64,000 nucleotides of DNA from Auanema rhodensis. Its lineage: Eukaryota; Animalia; Nematoda. Positions within the stretch are counted from its first letter, which is position 1. Each line of letters begins with the position of its first letter. Below are positions 15,001-30,000 of this stretch, piece after piece. A model generated the notes under the pieces. The model searched no databases, was not told the DNA's origin, and saw only the letters and a program-made list of their open reading frames with translations. The stretch is from NCBI GenBank assembly GCA_964057225.1, contig CAXKVF010000076.1:124001-188000 (forward strand), given 5' to 3'. A program made the position numbers and the translations under genes.

Positions 15001-18000
15001 TCATGGTAACCATGACTTTGAAATTTACGTGAACTTTAATTTATGCTAATTAAATGTACACGTGATGTGCACTTGGTATGTAACTCGCTTCACGTGAAAG
15101 ATAAAGAGATGCGGTTTTCAAAATTAGATTCCCCATGTCCATATTAGTCTAAAAACAAATTTTTATTGATATTGGTTCATGGTAACCATGACTTTGAAAT
15201 TTACGTGAACTTTAATTTATGCTAATTAAATGTACACGTGATGTGCACTTGGTATGTAACTCGCTTCACGTGAAAGATAAAGAGATGCTGTTTTCAAAAT
15301 TAGATTCCCCATGTCCGTATTAGTCTAAAAACAAATTTTTATTGATATTGCTTCATGGTAACCATGACTTTGAAATTTACGTGAACTTTAATTTATGCTA
15401 ATTAAATGTACACGTGATGTGCACTTGGTATGTAACTCGCTTCACGTGAAAGATAAAGAGATGCGGTTTTCAAAATTAGATTCCTCATGTCCATATTAGT
15501 CTAAAAACAAATTTTTATTGATATTGGTGCATGGTAACCATGACTTTGAAATTTACGTGAACTTTAATTTATGCTAATTAAATGTACACGTGATGTGCAC
15601 TTGGTATGTAACTCGCTTCACGTGAAAGATAAAGAGATGCGGTTTTCAAAATTAGATTCCCCATGTCCATATTAGTCTAAAAACAAATTTTTATTGATAT
15701 TGGTGAATGGTAACCATGACTTTGAAATTTACGTGAACTTTAATTTATGCTAATTAAATGTACACGTGATGTGCACTCGGTATGTAACTCGCTTCACGTG
15801 AAAGATGAAGAGATGCGGTTTTCAAAATTAGATTCCTCATGTCCATATTAGTCTAAAAACAAATTTTTATTGATATTGGTTCATGGTAACCATGACTTTG
15901 AAATTTACGTGAACTTTAATTTATGCTAATTAAATGTACACGTGATGTGCACTTGGTATGTAACTCGCTTCACGTGAAAGATAAAGAGATGCGGTTTTCA
16001 AAATTAGATTCCCCATGTCCATATTAGTCTAAAAACAAATTTTTATTGATATTGGTACATGGTAACCATGACTTTGAAATTTACGTGAACTTTAATTTAT
16101 GCTAATTAAATGTACACGTGATGTGCACTTGGTATGTAACTCGCTTCACGTGAAAGATAAAGAGATTCGGTTTTCAAAATTAGATTCCCCATGTCCATAT
16201 TAGTCTAAAAACAAATTTTTATTGATATTGGTTCATGGTAACCATGACTTTGAAATTTACGTGAACTTTAATTTATGCTAATTAAATGTACACGTGATGT
16301 GCACTTGGTATGTAACTCGCTTCACGTGAAAGATGAAGAGATGCGGTTTTCAAAATTAGATTCCCCATGTCCATATTAGTCTAAAAACAAATTTTTATTG
16401 ATATTGGTTCATGGTAACCATGACTTTGAAATTTACGTGAACTTTAATTTATGCTAATTAAATGTACACGTGATGTGCACTTGGTATGTAACTCGCTTCA
16501 CGTGATAGATAAAGAGATGCGGTTTTCAAAATTAGATTCCCCATGTCCATATTAGTCTAAAAACAAATTTTTATTGATATTGGTTCATGGTAACCATGAC
16601 TTTGAAATTTACGTGAACTTTAATTTATGCTAATTAAATGTACACGTGATGTGCACTTGGTATGTAACTCGCTTCACGTGAAAGATAAAGAGATGCGGTT
16701 TTCAAAATTAGATTCCCCATGTCCATATTAGTCTAAAAACAAATTTTTATTGATATTGGTGCATGGTAACCATGACTTTGAAATTTACGTGAACTTTAAT
16801 TTATGCTAATTAAATGTACACGTGATGTGCACTTGGTATGTAACTCGCTTCACGTGAAAGATAAAGAGATGCGGTTTTCAAAATTAGATTCCCCATGTCC
16901 ATATTAGTCTAAAAACAAATTTTTATTGATATTGGTTCATGGTAACCATGACTTTGAAATTTACGTGAACTTTAATTTATGCTAATTAAATGTACACGTG
17001 ATGTGCACTTGGTATGTAACTCGCTTCACGTGAAAGATAAAGAGATGCGGTTTTCAAAATTAGATTCCCCATGTCCATATTAGTCTAAAAACAAATTTTT
17101 ATTGATATTGCTTCATGGTAACCATGACTTTGAAATTTACGTGAACTTTAATTTATGCTAATTAAATGTACACGTGATGTGCACTTGGTATGTAACTCGC
17201 TTCACGTGAAAGATAAAGAGATGCGGTTTTCAAAATTAGATTCCCCATGTCCATATTAGTCTAAAAACAAATTTTTATTGATATTGGTTCATGGTAACCA
17301 TGACTTTGAAATTTACGTGAACTTTAATTTATGCTAATTAAATGTACACGTGATGTGCACTTGGTATGTAACTCGCTTCACGTGAAAGATAAAGAGATGC
17401 TGTTTTCAAAATTAGATTCCCCATGTCCGTATTAGTCTAAAAACAAATTTTTATTGATATTGCTTCATGGTAACCATGACTTTGAAATTTACGTGAACTT
17501 TAATTTATGCTAATTAAATGTACACGTGATGTGCACTTGGTATGTAACTCGCTTCACGTGAAAGATAAAGAGATGCGGTTTTCAAAATTAGATTCCTCAT
17601 GTCCATATTAGTCTAAAAACAAATTTTTATTGATATTGGTGCATGGTAACCATGACTTTGAAATTTACGTGAACTTTAATTTATGCTAATTAAATGTACA
17701 CGTGATGTGCACTTGGTATGTAACTCGCTTCACGTGAAAGATAAAGAGATGCGGTTTTCAAAATTAGATTCCCCATGTCCATATTAGTCTAAAAACAAAT
17801 TTTTATTGATATTGGTGAATGGTAACCATGACTTTGAAATTTACGTGAACTTTAATTTATGCTAATTAAATGTACACGTGATGTGCACTCGGTATGTAAC
17901 TCGCTTCACGTGAAAGATGAAGAGATGCGGTTTTCAAAATTAGATTCCTCATGTCCATATTAGTCTAAAAACAAATTTTTATTGATATTGGTTCATGGTA

Positions 18001-21000
18001 ACCATGACTTTGAAATTTACGTGAACTTTAATTTATGCTAATTAAATGTACACGTGATGTGCACTTGGTATGTAACTCGCTTCACGTGAAAGATAAAGAG
18101 ATGCGGTTTTCAAAATTAGATTCCCCATGTCCATATTAGTCTAAAAACAAATTTTTATTGATATTGGTACATGGTAACCATGACTTTGAAATTTACGTGA
18201 ACTTTAATTTATGCTAATTAAATGTACACGTGATGTGCACTTGGTATGTAACTCGCTTCACGTGAAAGATAAAGAGATTCGGTTTTCAAAATTAGATTCC
18301 CCATGTCCATATTAGTCTAAAAACAAATTTTTATTGATATTGGTTCATGGTAACCATGACTTTGAAATTTACGTGAACTTTAATTTATGCTAATTAAATG
18401 TACACGTGATGTGCACTTGGTATGTAACTCGCTTCACGTGAAAGATAAAGAGATGCGGTTTTCAAAATTAGATTCCCCATGTCCATATTAGTCTAAAAAC
18501 AAATTTTTATTGATATTGGTTCATGGTAACCATGACTTTGAAATTTACGTGAACTTTAATTTATGCTAATTAAATGTACACGTGATGTGCACTTGGTATG
18601 TAACTCGCTTCACGTGATAGATAAAGAGATGCGGTTTTCAAAATTAGATTCCCCATGTCCATATTAGTCTAAAAACAAATTTTTATTGATATTGGTTCAT
18701 GGTAACCATGACTTTGAAGTTTACGTGAACTTTAATTTATGCTAATTAAATGTACACGTGATGTGCACTTGGTATGTAACTCGCTTCACGTGAAAGATAA
18801 AGAGATGCGGTTTTCAAAATTAGATTCCCCATGTCCATATTAGTCTAAAAACAAATTTTTATTGATATTGGTGCATGGTAACCATGACTTTGAAATTTAC
18901 GTGAACTTTAATTTATGCTAATTAAATGTACACGTGATGTGCACTTGGTATGTAACTCGCTTCACGTGAAAGATAAAGAGATGCGGTTTTCAAAATTAGA
19001 TTCCTCATGTCTATATTAGTCTAAAAACAAATTTTTATTGATATTGGTTCATGGTAACCATGACTTTGAAATTTACGTGAACTTTAATTTATGCTAATTA
19101 AATGTACACGTGATGTGCACTTGGTATGTAACTCGCTTCACGTGAAAGATAAAGAGATGCGGTTTTCAAAATTAGATTCCCCATGTCCATATTAGTCTAA
19201 AAACAAATTTTTATTGATATTGCTTCATGGTAACCATGACTTTGAAATTTACGTGAACTTTAATTTATGCTAATTAAATGTACACGTGATGTGCACTTGG
19301 TATGTAACTCGCTTCACGTGAAAGATAAAGAGATGCGGTTTTCAAAATTAGATTCCCCATGTCCATATTAGTCTCAACACAAATTTTTATTGATATTGCT
19401 TCATGGTAACCATGACTTTGAAATTTACGTGAACTTTAATTTATGCTAATTAAATGTACACGTGATGTGCACTTGGTATGTAACTCGCTTCACGTGAAAG
19501 ATAAAGAGATGCGGTTTGCAAAATTAGATTCCCCATGTCCATATTAGTCTAAAAACAAATTTTTATTGATATTGCTTCATGGTAACCATGACTTTGAAAT
19601 TTACGTGAACTTTAATTTATGCTAATTAAATGTACACGTGATGTGCTCTTGGTATGTAACTCGCTTCACGTGAAAGATAAAGAAATGCGGTTTTCAAAAT
19701 TAGATTCCCCATGTCCATATTAGTCTAAAAACAAATTTTTATTGATATTGGTTCATGGTAACCATGACTTTGAAATTTACGTGAACTTTAATTTATGCTA
19801 ATTAAATGTACACGTGATGTGCACTTGGTATGTAACTCGCTTCACGTGAAAGATAAAGAGATGCGGTTTTCAAAATTAGATTCCCCATGTCCATATTAGT
19901 CTAAAAACAAATTTTTATTGATATTGGTTCATGGTAACCATGACTTTGAAATTTACGTGAACTTTAATTTATGCTAATTAAATGTACACGTGATGTGCAC
20001 TTGGTATGTAACTCGCTTCACGTGAAAGATAAAGAGATGCGGTTTTCAAAATTAGATTCCCCATGTCCATATTAGTCTAAAAACAAATTTTTATTGATAT
20101 TGGTTCATGGTAACCATGACTTTGAAATTTACGTGAACTTTAATTTATGCTAATTAAATGTACACGTGATGTGCACTTGGTATGTAACTCGCTTCACGTG
20201 ATAGATAAAGAGATGCGGTTTTCAAAATTAGATTCCCCATGTCCATATTAGTCTAAAAACAAATTTTTATTGATATTGGTTCATGGTAACCATGACTTTG
20301 AAATTTACGTGAACTTTAATTTATGCTAATTAAATGTACACGTGATGTGCACTTGGTATGTAACTCGCTTCACGTGAAAGATAAAGAGATGCGGTTTTCA
20401 AAATTAGATTCCCCATGTCCATATTAGTCTAAAAACAAATTTTTATTGATATTGGTGCATGGTAACCATGACTTTGAAATTTACGTGAACTTTAATTTAT
20501 GCTAATTAAATGTACACGTGATGTGCACTTGGTATGTAACTCGCTTCACGTGAAAGATAAAGAGATGCGGTTTTCAAAATTAGATTCCTCATGTCTATAT
20601 TAGTCTAAAAACAAATTTTTATTGATATTGGTTCATGGTAACCATGACTTTGAAATTTACGTGAACTTTAATTTATGCTAATTAAATGTACACGTGATGT
20701 GCACTTGGTATGTAACTCGCTTCACGTGAAAGATAAAGAGATGCGGTTTTCAAAATTAGATTCCCCATGTCCATATTAGTCTAAAAACAAATTTTTATTG
20801 ATATTGCTTCATGGTAACCATGACTTTGAAATTTACGTGAACTTTAATTTATGCTAATTAAATGTACACGTGATGTGCACTTGGTATGTAACTCGCTTCA
20901 CGTGAAAGATAAAGAGATGCGGTTTTCAAAATTAGATTCCCCATGTCCATATTAGTCTCAACACAAATTTTTATTGATATTGCTTCATGGTAACCATGAC

Positions 21001-24000
21001 TTTGAAATTTACGTGAACTTTAATTTATGCTAATTAAATGTACACGTGATGTGCACTTGGTATGTAACTCGCTTCACGTGAAAGATAAAGAGATGCGGTT
21101 TGCAAAATTAGATTCCCCATGTCCATATTAGTCTAAAAACAAATTTTTATTGATATTGCTTCATGGTAACCATGACTTTGAAATTTACGTGAACTTTAAT
21201 TTATGCTAATTAAATGTACACGTGATGTGCTCTTGGTATGTAACTCGCTTCACGTGAAAGATAAAGAAATGCGGTTTTCAAAATTAGATTCCCCATGTCC
21301 ATATTAGTCTAAAAACAAATTTTTATTGATATTGGTTCATGGTAACCATGACTTTGAAATTTACGTGAACTTTAATTTATGCTAATTAAATGTACACGTG
21401 ATGTGCACTTGGTATGTAACTCGCTTCACGTGAAAGATAAAGAGATGCGGTTTTCAAAATTAGATTCCCCATGTCCATATTAGTCTAAAAACAAATTTTT
21501 ATTGATATTGCTTCATGGTAACCATGACTTTGAAATTTACGTGAACTTTAATTTATGCTAATTAAATGTACACGTGATGTGCACTTGGTATGTAACTCGC
21601 TTCACGTGAATGATAAAGAGATGCGGTTTTCAAAATTAGATTCCCCATGTCCATATTAGTCTAAAAACAAATTTTTATTGATATTGCTTCATGGTAACCA
21701 TGACTTTGAAATTTACGTGAACTTTAATTTATGCTAATTAAATGTACACGTGATGTGCACTTGGTATGTAACTCGCTTCACGTGAAAGATAAAGAGATGC
21801 GGTTTTCAAAATTAGATTCCTCATGTCTATATTAGTCTAAAAACAAATTTTTATTGATATTGGTTCATGGTAACCATGACTTTGAAATTTACGTGAACTT
21901 TAATTAATGCTAATTAAATGTACACGTGATGTGCACTTGGTATGTAACTCGCTTCACGTGAAAGATAAAGAGATGCGGTTTTCAAAATTAGATTCCCCAT
22001 GTCCATATTAGTCTAAAAACAAATTTTTATTGATATTGCTTCATGGTAACCATGACTTTGAAATTTACGTGAACTTTAATTTATGCTAATTAAATGTACA
22101 CGTGATGTGCACTTGGTATGTAACTCGCTTCACGTGAAAGATAAAGAGATGCGGTTTTCAAAATTAGATTCCCCATGTCCATATTAGTCTCAACACAAAT
22201 TTTTATTGATATTGCTTCATGGTAACCATGACTTTGAAATTTACGTGAACTTTAATTTATGCTAATTAAATGTACACGTGATGTGCACTTGGTATGTAAC
22301 TCGCTTCACGTGAAAGATAAAGAGATGCGGTTTGCAAAATTAGATTCCCCATGTCCATATTAGTCTAAAAACAAATTTTTATTGATATTGCTTCATGGTA
22401 ACCATGACTTTGAAATTTACGTGAACTTTAATTAATGCTAATTAAATGTACACGTGATGTGCACTTGGTATGTAACTCGCTTCACGTGAAAGATAAAGAG
22501 ATGCGGTTTTCAAAATTAGATTCCCCATGTCCATATTAGTCTAAAAACAAATTTTTATTGATATTGCTTCATGGTAACCATGACTTTGAAATTTACGTGA
22601 ACTTTAATTTATGCTAATTAAATGTACACGTGATGTGCACTTGGTATGTAACTCGCTTCACGTGAATGATAAAGAGATGCGGTTTTCAAAATTAGATTCC
22701 CCATGTCCATATTAGTCTAAAAACAAATTTTTATTGATATTGCTTCATGGTAACCATGACTTTGAAATTTACGTGAACTTTAATTTATGCTAATTAAATG
22801 TACACGTGATGTGCACTTGGTATGTAACTCGCTTCACGTGAAAGATAAAGAGATGCGGTTTTCAAAATTAGATTCCTCATGTCTATATTAGTCTAAAAAC
22901 AAATTTTTATTGATATTGGTTCATGGTAACCATGACTTTGAAATTTACGTGAACTTTAATTAATGCTAATTAAATGTACACGTGATGTGCACTTGGTATG
23001 TAACTCGCTTCACGTGAAAGATAAAGAGATGCGGTTTTCAAAATTAGATTCCCCATGTCCATATTAGTCTAAAAACAAATTTTTATTGATATTGCTTCAT
23101 GGTAACCATGACTTTGAAATTTACGTGAACTTTAATTTATGCTAATTAAATGTACACGTGATGTGCACTTGGTATGTAACTCGCTTCACGTGAAAGATAA
23201 AGAGATGCGGTTTTCAAAATTAGATTCCCCATGTCCATATTAGTCTCAACACAAATTTTTATTGATATTGCTTCATGGTAACCATGACTTTGAAATTTAC
23301 GTGAACTTTAATTTATGCTAATTAAATGTACACGTGATGTGCACTTGGTATGTAACTCGCTTCACGTGAAAGATAAAGAGATGCGGTTTGCAAAATTAGA
23401 TTCCCCATGTCCATATTAGTCTAAAAACAAATTTTTATTGATATTGCTTCATGGTAACCATGACTTTGAAATTTACGTGAACTTTAATTTATGCTAATTA
23501 AATGTACACGTGATGTGCACTTGGTATGTAACTCGCTTCACGTGAAAGATAAAGAGATGCGGTTTTCAAAATTAGATTCCCCATGTCCATATTAGTCTAA
23601 AAACAAATTTTTATTGATATTGGTTCATGGTAACCATGACTTTGAATTTTATGTGAACTTTAATTTATGCTAATTAAATGTACACGTGATGTGCACTTGG
23701 TATGTAACTCGCTTCACGTGAAAGATAAAGAAATGCGGTTTTCAAAATTAGATTCCCCATGTCCATATTAGTCTAAAAACAAATTTTTATTGATATTGGT
23801 TCATGGTAACCATGACTTTGAAATTTACGTGAACTTTAATTTATGCTAATTAAATGTACACGTGATGTGCACTTGGTATGTAACTCGCTTCACGTGAAAG
23901 ATAAAGAGATGCGGTTTTCAAAATTAGATTCCCCATGTCCATATTAGTCTAAAAACAAATTTTTATTGATATTGCTTCATGGTAACCATGACTTTGAAAT

Positions 24001-27000
24001 TTCCGTGAACTTTAATTTATGCTAATTAAATGTACACGTGATGTGCACTTGGTATGTAACTCGCTTCACGTGAAAGATAAAGAGATGCGGTTTTCAAAAT
24101 TAGATTCCCCATGTCCATATTAGTCTAAAAACAAATTTTTATTGATATTGGTTCATGGTAACCATGACTTTGAAATTTACGTGAACTTTAATTTATGCTA
24201 ATTAAATGTACACGTGATGTGCACTTGGTATGTAACTCGCTTCACGTGAAAGATAAAGAGATGCGGTTTTCAAAATTAGATTCCTCATGTCTATATTAGT
24301 CTAAAAACAAATTTTTATTGATATTGGTTCATGGTAACCATGACTTTGAAATTTACGTGAACTTTAATTAATGCTAATTAAATGTACACGTGATGTGCAC
24401 TTGGTATGTAACTCGCTTCACGTGAAAGATAAAGAGATGCGGTTTTCAAAATTAGATTCCCCATGTCCATATTAGTCTAAAAACAAATTTTTATTGATAT
24501 TGCTTCATGGTAACCATGACTTTGAAATTTACGTGAACTTTAATTTATGCTAATTAAATGTACACGTGATGTGCTCTTGGTATGTAACTCGCTTCACGTG
24601 AAAGATAAAGAAATGCGGTTTTCAAAATTAGATTCCCCATGTCCATATTAGTCTAAAAACAAATTTTTATTGATATTGGTTCATGGTAACCATGACTTTG
24701 AAATTTACGTGAACTTTAATTTATGCTAATTAAATGTACACGTGATGTGCACTTGGTATGTAACTCGCTTCACGTGAAAGATAAAGAGATGCGGTTTTCA
24801 AAATTAGATTCCCCATGTCCATATTAGTCTAAAAACAAATTTTTATTGATATTGGTTCATGGTAACCATGACTTTGAATTTTACGTGAACTTTAATTTAT
24901 GCTAATTAAATGTACACGTGATGTGCACTTGGTATGTAACTCGCTTCACGTGAAAGATAAAGAGATGCGGTTTCCAAAATTAGATTCCCCATGTCCATAT
25001 TAGTCTAAAAACAAATTTTTATTGATATTGGTTCATGGTAACCATGACTTTGAAATTTACGTGAACTTTAATTAATGCTAATTAAATGTACACGTGATGT
25101 GCACTTGGTATGTAACTCGCTTCACGTGAAAGATAAAGAGATGCGGTTTTCAAAATTAGATTCCCCATGTCCATATTAGTCTAAAAACAAATTTTTATTG
25201 ATATTGCTTCATGGTAACCATGACTTTGAAATTTACGTGAACTTTAATTTATGCTAATTAAATGTACACGTGATGTGCACTTGGTATGTAACTCGCTTCA
25301 CGTGAAAGATAAAGAGATGCGGTTTTCAAAATTAGATTCCCCATGTCCATATTAGTCTAAAAACAAATTTTTATTGATATTGGTTCATGGTAACCATGAC
25401 TTTGAATTTTATGTGAACTTTAATTTATGCTAATTAAATGTACACGTGATGTGCACTTGGTATGTAACTCGCTTCACGTGAAAGATAAAGAAATGCGGTT
25501 TTCAAAATTAGATTCCCCATGTCCATATTAGTCTAAAAACAAATTTTTATTGATATTGGTTCATGGTAACCATGACTTTGAAATTTACGTGAACTTTAAT
25601 TTATGCTAATTAAATGTACACGTGATGTGCACTTGGTATGTAACTCGCTTCACGTGAAAGATAAAGAGATGCGGTTTTCAAAATTAGATTCCCCATGTCC
25701 ATATTAGTCTAAAAACAAATTTTTATTGATATTGCTTCATGGTAACCATGACTTTGAAATTTACGTGAACTTTAATTTATGCTAATTAAATGTACACGTG
25801 ATGTGCACTTGGTATGTAACTCGCTTCACGTGAAAGATAAAGAGATGCGGTTTTCAAAATTAGATTCCTCATGTCTATATTAGTCTAAAAACAAATTTTT
25901 ATTGATATTGGTTCATGGTAACCATGACTTTGAAATTTACGTGAACTTTAATTAATGCTAATTAAATGTACACGTGATGTGCACTTGGTATGTAACTCGC
26001 TTCACGTGAAAGATAAAGAGATGCGGTTTTCAAAATTAGATTCCCCATGTCCATATTAGTCTAAAAACAAATTTTTATTGATATTGCTTCATGGTAACCA
26101 TGACTTTGAAATTTACGTGAACTTTAATTTATGCTAATTAAATGTACACGTGATGTGCACTTGGTATGTAACTCGCTTCACGTGAAAGATAAAGAGATGC
26201 GGTTTTCAAAATTAGATTCCCCATGTCCATATTAGTCTCAACACAAATTTTTATTGATATTGCTTCATGGTAACCATGACTTTGAAATTTACGTGAACTT
26301 TAATTTATGCTAATTAAATGTACACGTGATGTGCACTTGGTATGTAACTCGCTTCACGTGAAAGATAAAGAGATGCGGTTTGCAAAATTAGATTTCCCAT
26401 GTCCATATTAGTCTAAAAACAAATTTTTATTGATATTGCTTCATGGTAACCATGACTTTGAAATTTACGTGAACTTTAATTTATGCTAATTAAATGTACA
26501 CGTGATGTGCACTTGGTATGTAACTCGCTTCACGTGAAAGATAAAGAGATGCGGTTTTCAAAATTAGATTCCCCATGTCCATATTAGTCTAAAAACAAAT
26601 TTTTATTGATATTGCTTCATGGTAACCATGACTTTGAAATTTACGTGAACTTTAATTTATGCTAATTAAATGTACACGTGATGTGCACTTGGTATGTAAC
26701 TCGCTTCACGTGAAAGATAAAGAGATGCGGTTTTCAAAATTAGATTCCCCATGTCCATATTAGTCTAAAAACAAATTTTTATTGATATTGGTTCATGGTA
26801 ACCATGACTTTGAATTTTATGTGAACTTTAATTTATGCTAATTAAATGTACACGTGATGTGCACTTGGTATGTAACTCGCTTCACGTGAAAGATAAAGAA
26901 ATGCGGTTTTCAAAATTAGATTCTCCATGTCCATATTAGTCTAAAAACAAATTTTTATTGATATTGGTTCATGGTAACCATGACTTTGAAATTTACGTGA

Positions 27001-30000
27001 ACTTTAATTTATGCTAATTAAATGTACACGTGATGTGCACTTGGTATGTAACTCGCTTCACGTGAAAGATAAAGAGATGCGGTTTCCAAAATTAGATTCC
27101 CCATGTCCATATTAGTCTAAAAACAAATTTTTATTGATATTGCTTCATGGTAACCATGACTTTGAAATTTCCGTGAACTTTAATTTATGCTAATTAAATG
27201 TACACGTGATGTGCACTTGGTATGTAACTCGCTTCACGTGAAAGATAAAGAAATGCGGTTTTCAAAATTAGATTCCCCATGTCCATATTAGTCTAAAAAC
27301 AAATTTTTATTGATATTGGTTCATGGTAACCATGACTTTGAAATTTACGTGAACTTTAATTTATGCTAATTAAATGTACACGTGATGTGCACTTGGTTAG
27401 TAACTCGCTTCACGTGAAAGATAAAGAGATGCGGTTTTCAAAATTAGATTCCTCATGTCTATATTAGTCTAAAAACAAATTTTTATTGATATTGCTTCAT
27501 GGTAACCATGACTTTGAAATTTCCGTGAACTTTAATTAATGCTAATTAAATGTACACGTGATGTGCACTTGGTATGTAACTCGCTTCACGTGAAAGATAA
27601 AGAGATGCGGTTTTCAAAATTAGATTCCCCATGTCCATATTAGTCTAAAAACAAATTTTTATTGATATTGCTTCATGGTAACCATGACTTTGAAATTTCC
27701 GTGAACTTTAATTAATGCTAATTAAATGTACACGTGATGTGCACTTGGTATGTAACTCGCTTCACGTGAAAGATAAAGAGATGCGGTTTTCAAAATTAGA
27801 TTCCCCATGTCCATATTAGTCTAAAAACAAATTTTTATTGATATTGCTTCATGGTAACCATGACTTTGAAATTTACGTGAACTTTAATTTATGCTAATTA
27901 AATGTACACGTGATGTGCACTTGGTATGTAACTCGCTTCACGTGAAAGATAAAGAGATGCGGTTTTCAAAATTAGATTCCCCATGTCCATATTAGTCTCA
28001 ACACAAATTTTTATTGATATTGCTTCATGGTAACCATGACTTTGAAATTTACGTGAACTTTAATTTATGCTAATTAAATGTACACGTGATGTGCACTTGG
28101 TATGTTACTCGCTTCACGTGAAAGATAAAGAGATGCGGTTTTCAAAATTAGATTCCTCATGTCTATATTAGTCTAAAAACAAATTTTTATTGATATTGGT
28201 TCATGGTAACCATGACTTTGAAATTTACGTGAACTTTAATTAATGCTAATTAAATGTACACGTGATGTGCACTTGGTATGTAACTCGCTTCACGTGAAAG
28301 ATAAAGAGATGCGGTTTTCAAAATTAGATTCCCCATGTCCATATTAGTCTAAAAACAAATTTTTATTGATATTGCTTCATGGTAACCATGACTTTGAAAT
28401 TTACGTGAACTTTAATTTATGCTAATTAAATGTACACGTGATGTGCACTTGGTATGTAACTCGCTTCACGTGAAAGATAAAGAAATGCGGTTTTCAAAAT
28501 TAGATTCCCCATGTCCATATTAGTCTAAAAACAAATTTTTATTGATATTGGTTCATGGTAACCATGACTTTGAAATTTACGTGAACTTTAATTTATGCTA
28601 ATTAAATGTACACGTGATGTGCACTTGGTATGTAACTCGCTTCACGTGAAAGATAAAGAGATGCGGTTTTCAAAATTAGATTCCCCATGTCCATATTAGT
28701 CTAAAAACAAATTTTTATTGATATTGCTTCATGGTAACCATGACTTTGAAATTTCCGTGAACTTTAATTTATGCTAATTAAATGTACACGTGATGTGCAC
28801 TTGGTATGTAACTCGCTTCACGTGAAAGATAAAGAGATGCGGTTTTCAAAATTAGATTCCCCATGTCCATATTAGTCTAAAAACAAATTTTTATTGATAT
28901 TGGTTCATGGTAACCATGACTTTGAAATTTACGTGAACTTTAATTTATGCTAATTAAATGTACACGTGATGTGCACTTGGTATGTAACTCGCTTCACGTG
29001 AAAGATAAAGAGATGCGGTTTTCAAAATTAGATTCCTCATGTCTATATTAGTCTAAAAACAAATTTTTATTGATATTGGTTCATGGTAACCATGACTTTG
29101 AAATTTACGTGAACTTTAATTAATGCTAATTAAATGTACACGTGATGTGCACTTGGTATGTAACTCGCTTCACGTGAAAGATAAAGAGATGCGGTTTTCA
29201 AAATTAGATTCCCCATGTCCATATTAGTCTAAAAACAAATTTTTATTGATATTGCTTCATGGTAACCATGACTTTGAAATTTACGTGAACTTTAATTTAT
29301 GCTAATTAAATGTACACGTGATGTGCACTTGGTATGTAACTCGCTTCACGTGAAAGATAAAGAGATGCGGTTTTCAAAATTAGATTCCCCATGTCTATAT
29401 TAGTCTCAACACAAATTTTTATTGATATTGCTTCATGGTAACCATGACTTTGAAATTTACGTGAACTTTAATTTATGCTAATTAAATGTACACGTGATGT
29501 GCACTTGGTATGTAACTCGCTTCACGTGAAAGATAAAGAGATGCGGTTTGCAAAATTAGATTCCCCATGTCCATATTAGTCTAAAAACAAATTTTTATTG
29601 ATATTGCTTCATGGTAACCATGACTTTGAAATTTACGTGAACTTTAATTTATGCTAATTAAATGTACACGTGATGTGCTCTTGGTATGTAACTCGCTTCA
29701 CGTAAAAGATAAAGAAATGCGGTTTTCAAAATTAGATTCCCCATGTCCATATTAGTCTAAAAACAAATTTTTATTGATATTGGTTCATGGTAACCATGAC
29801 TTTGAAATTTACGTGAACTTTAATTTATGCTAATTAAATGTACACGTGATGTGCACTTGGTATGTAACTCGCTTCACGTGAAAGATAAAGAGATGCGGTT
29901 TTCAAAATTAGATTCCCCATGTCCATATTAGTCTAAAAACAAATTTTTATTGATATTGCTTCATGGTAACCATGACTTTGAAATTTACGTGAACTTTAAT

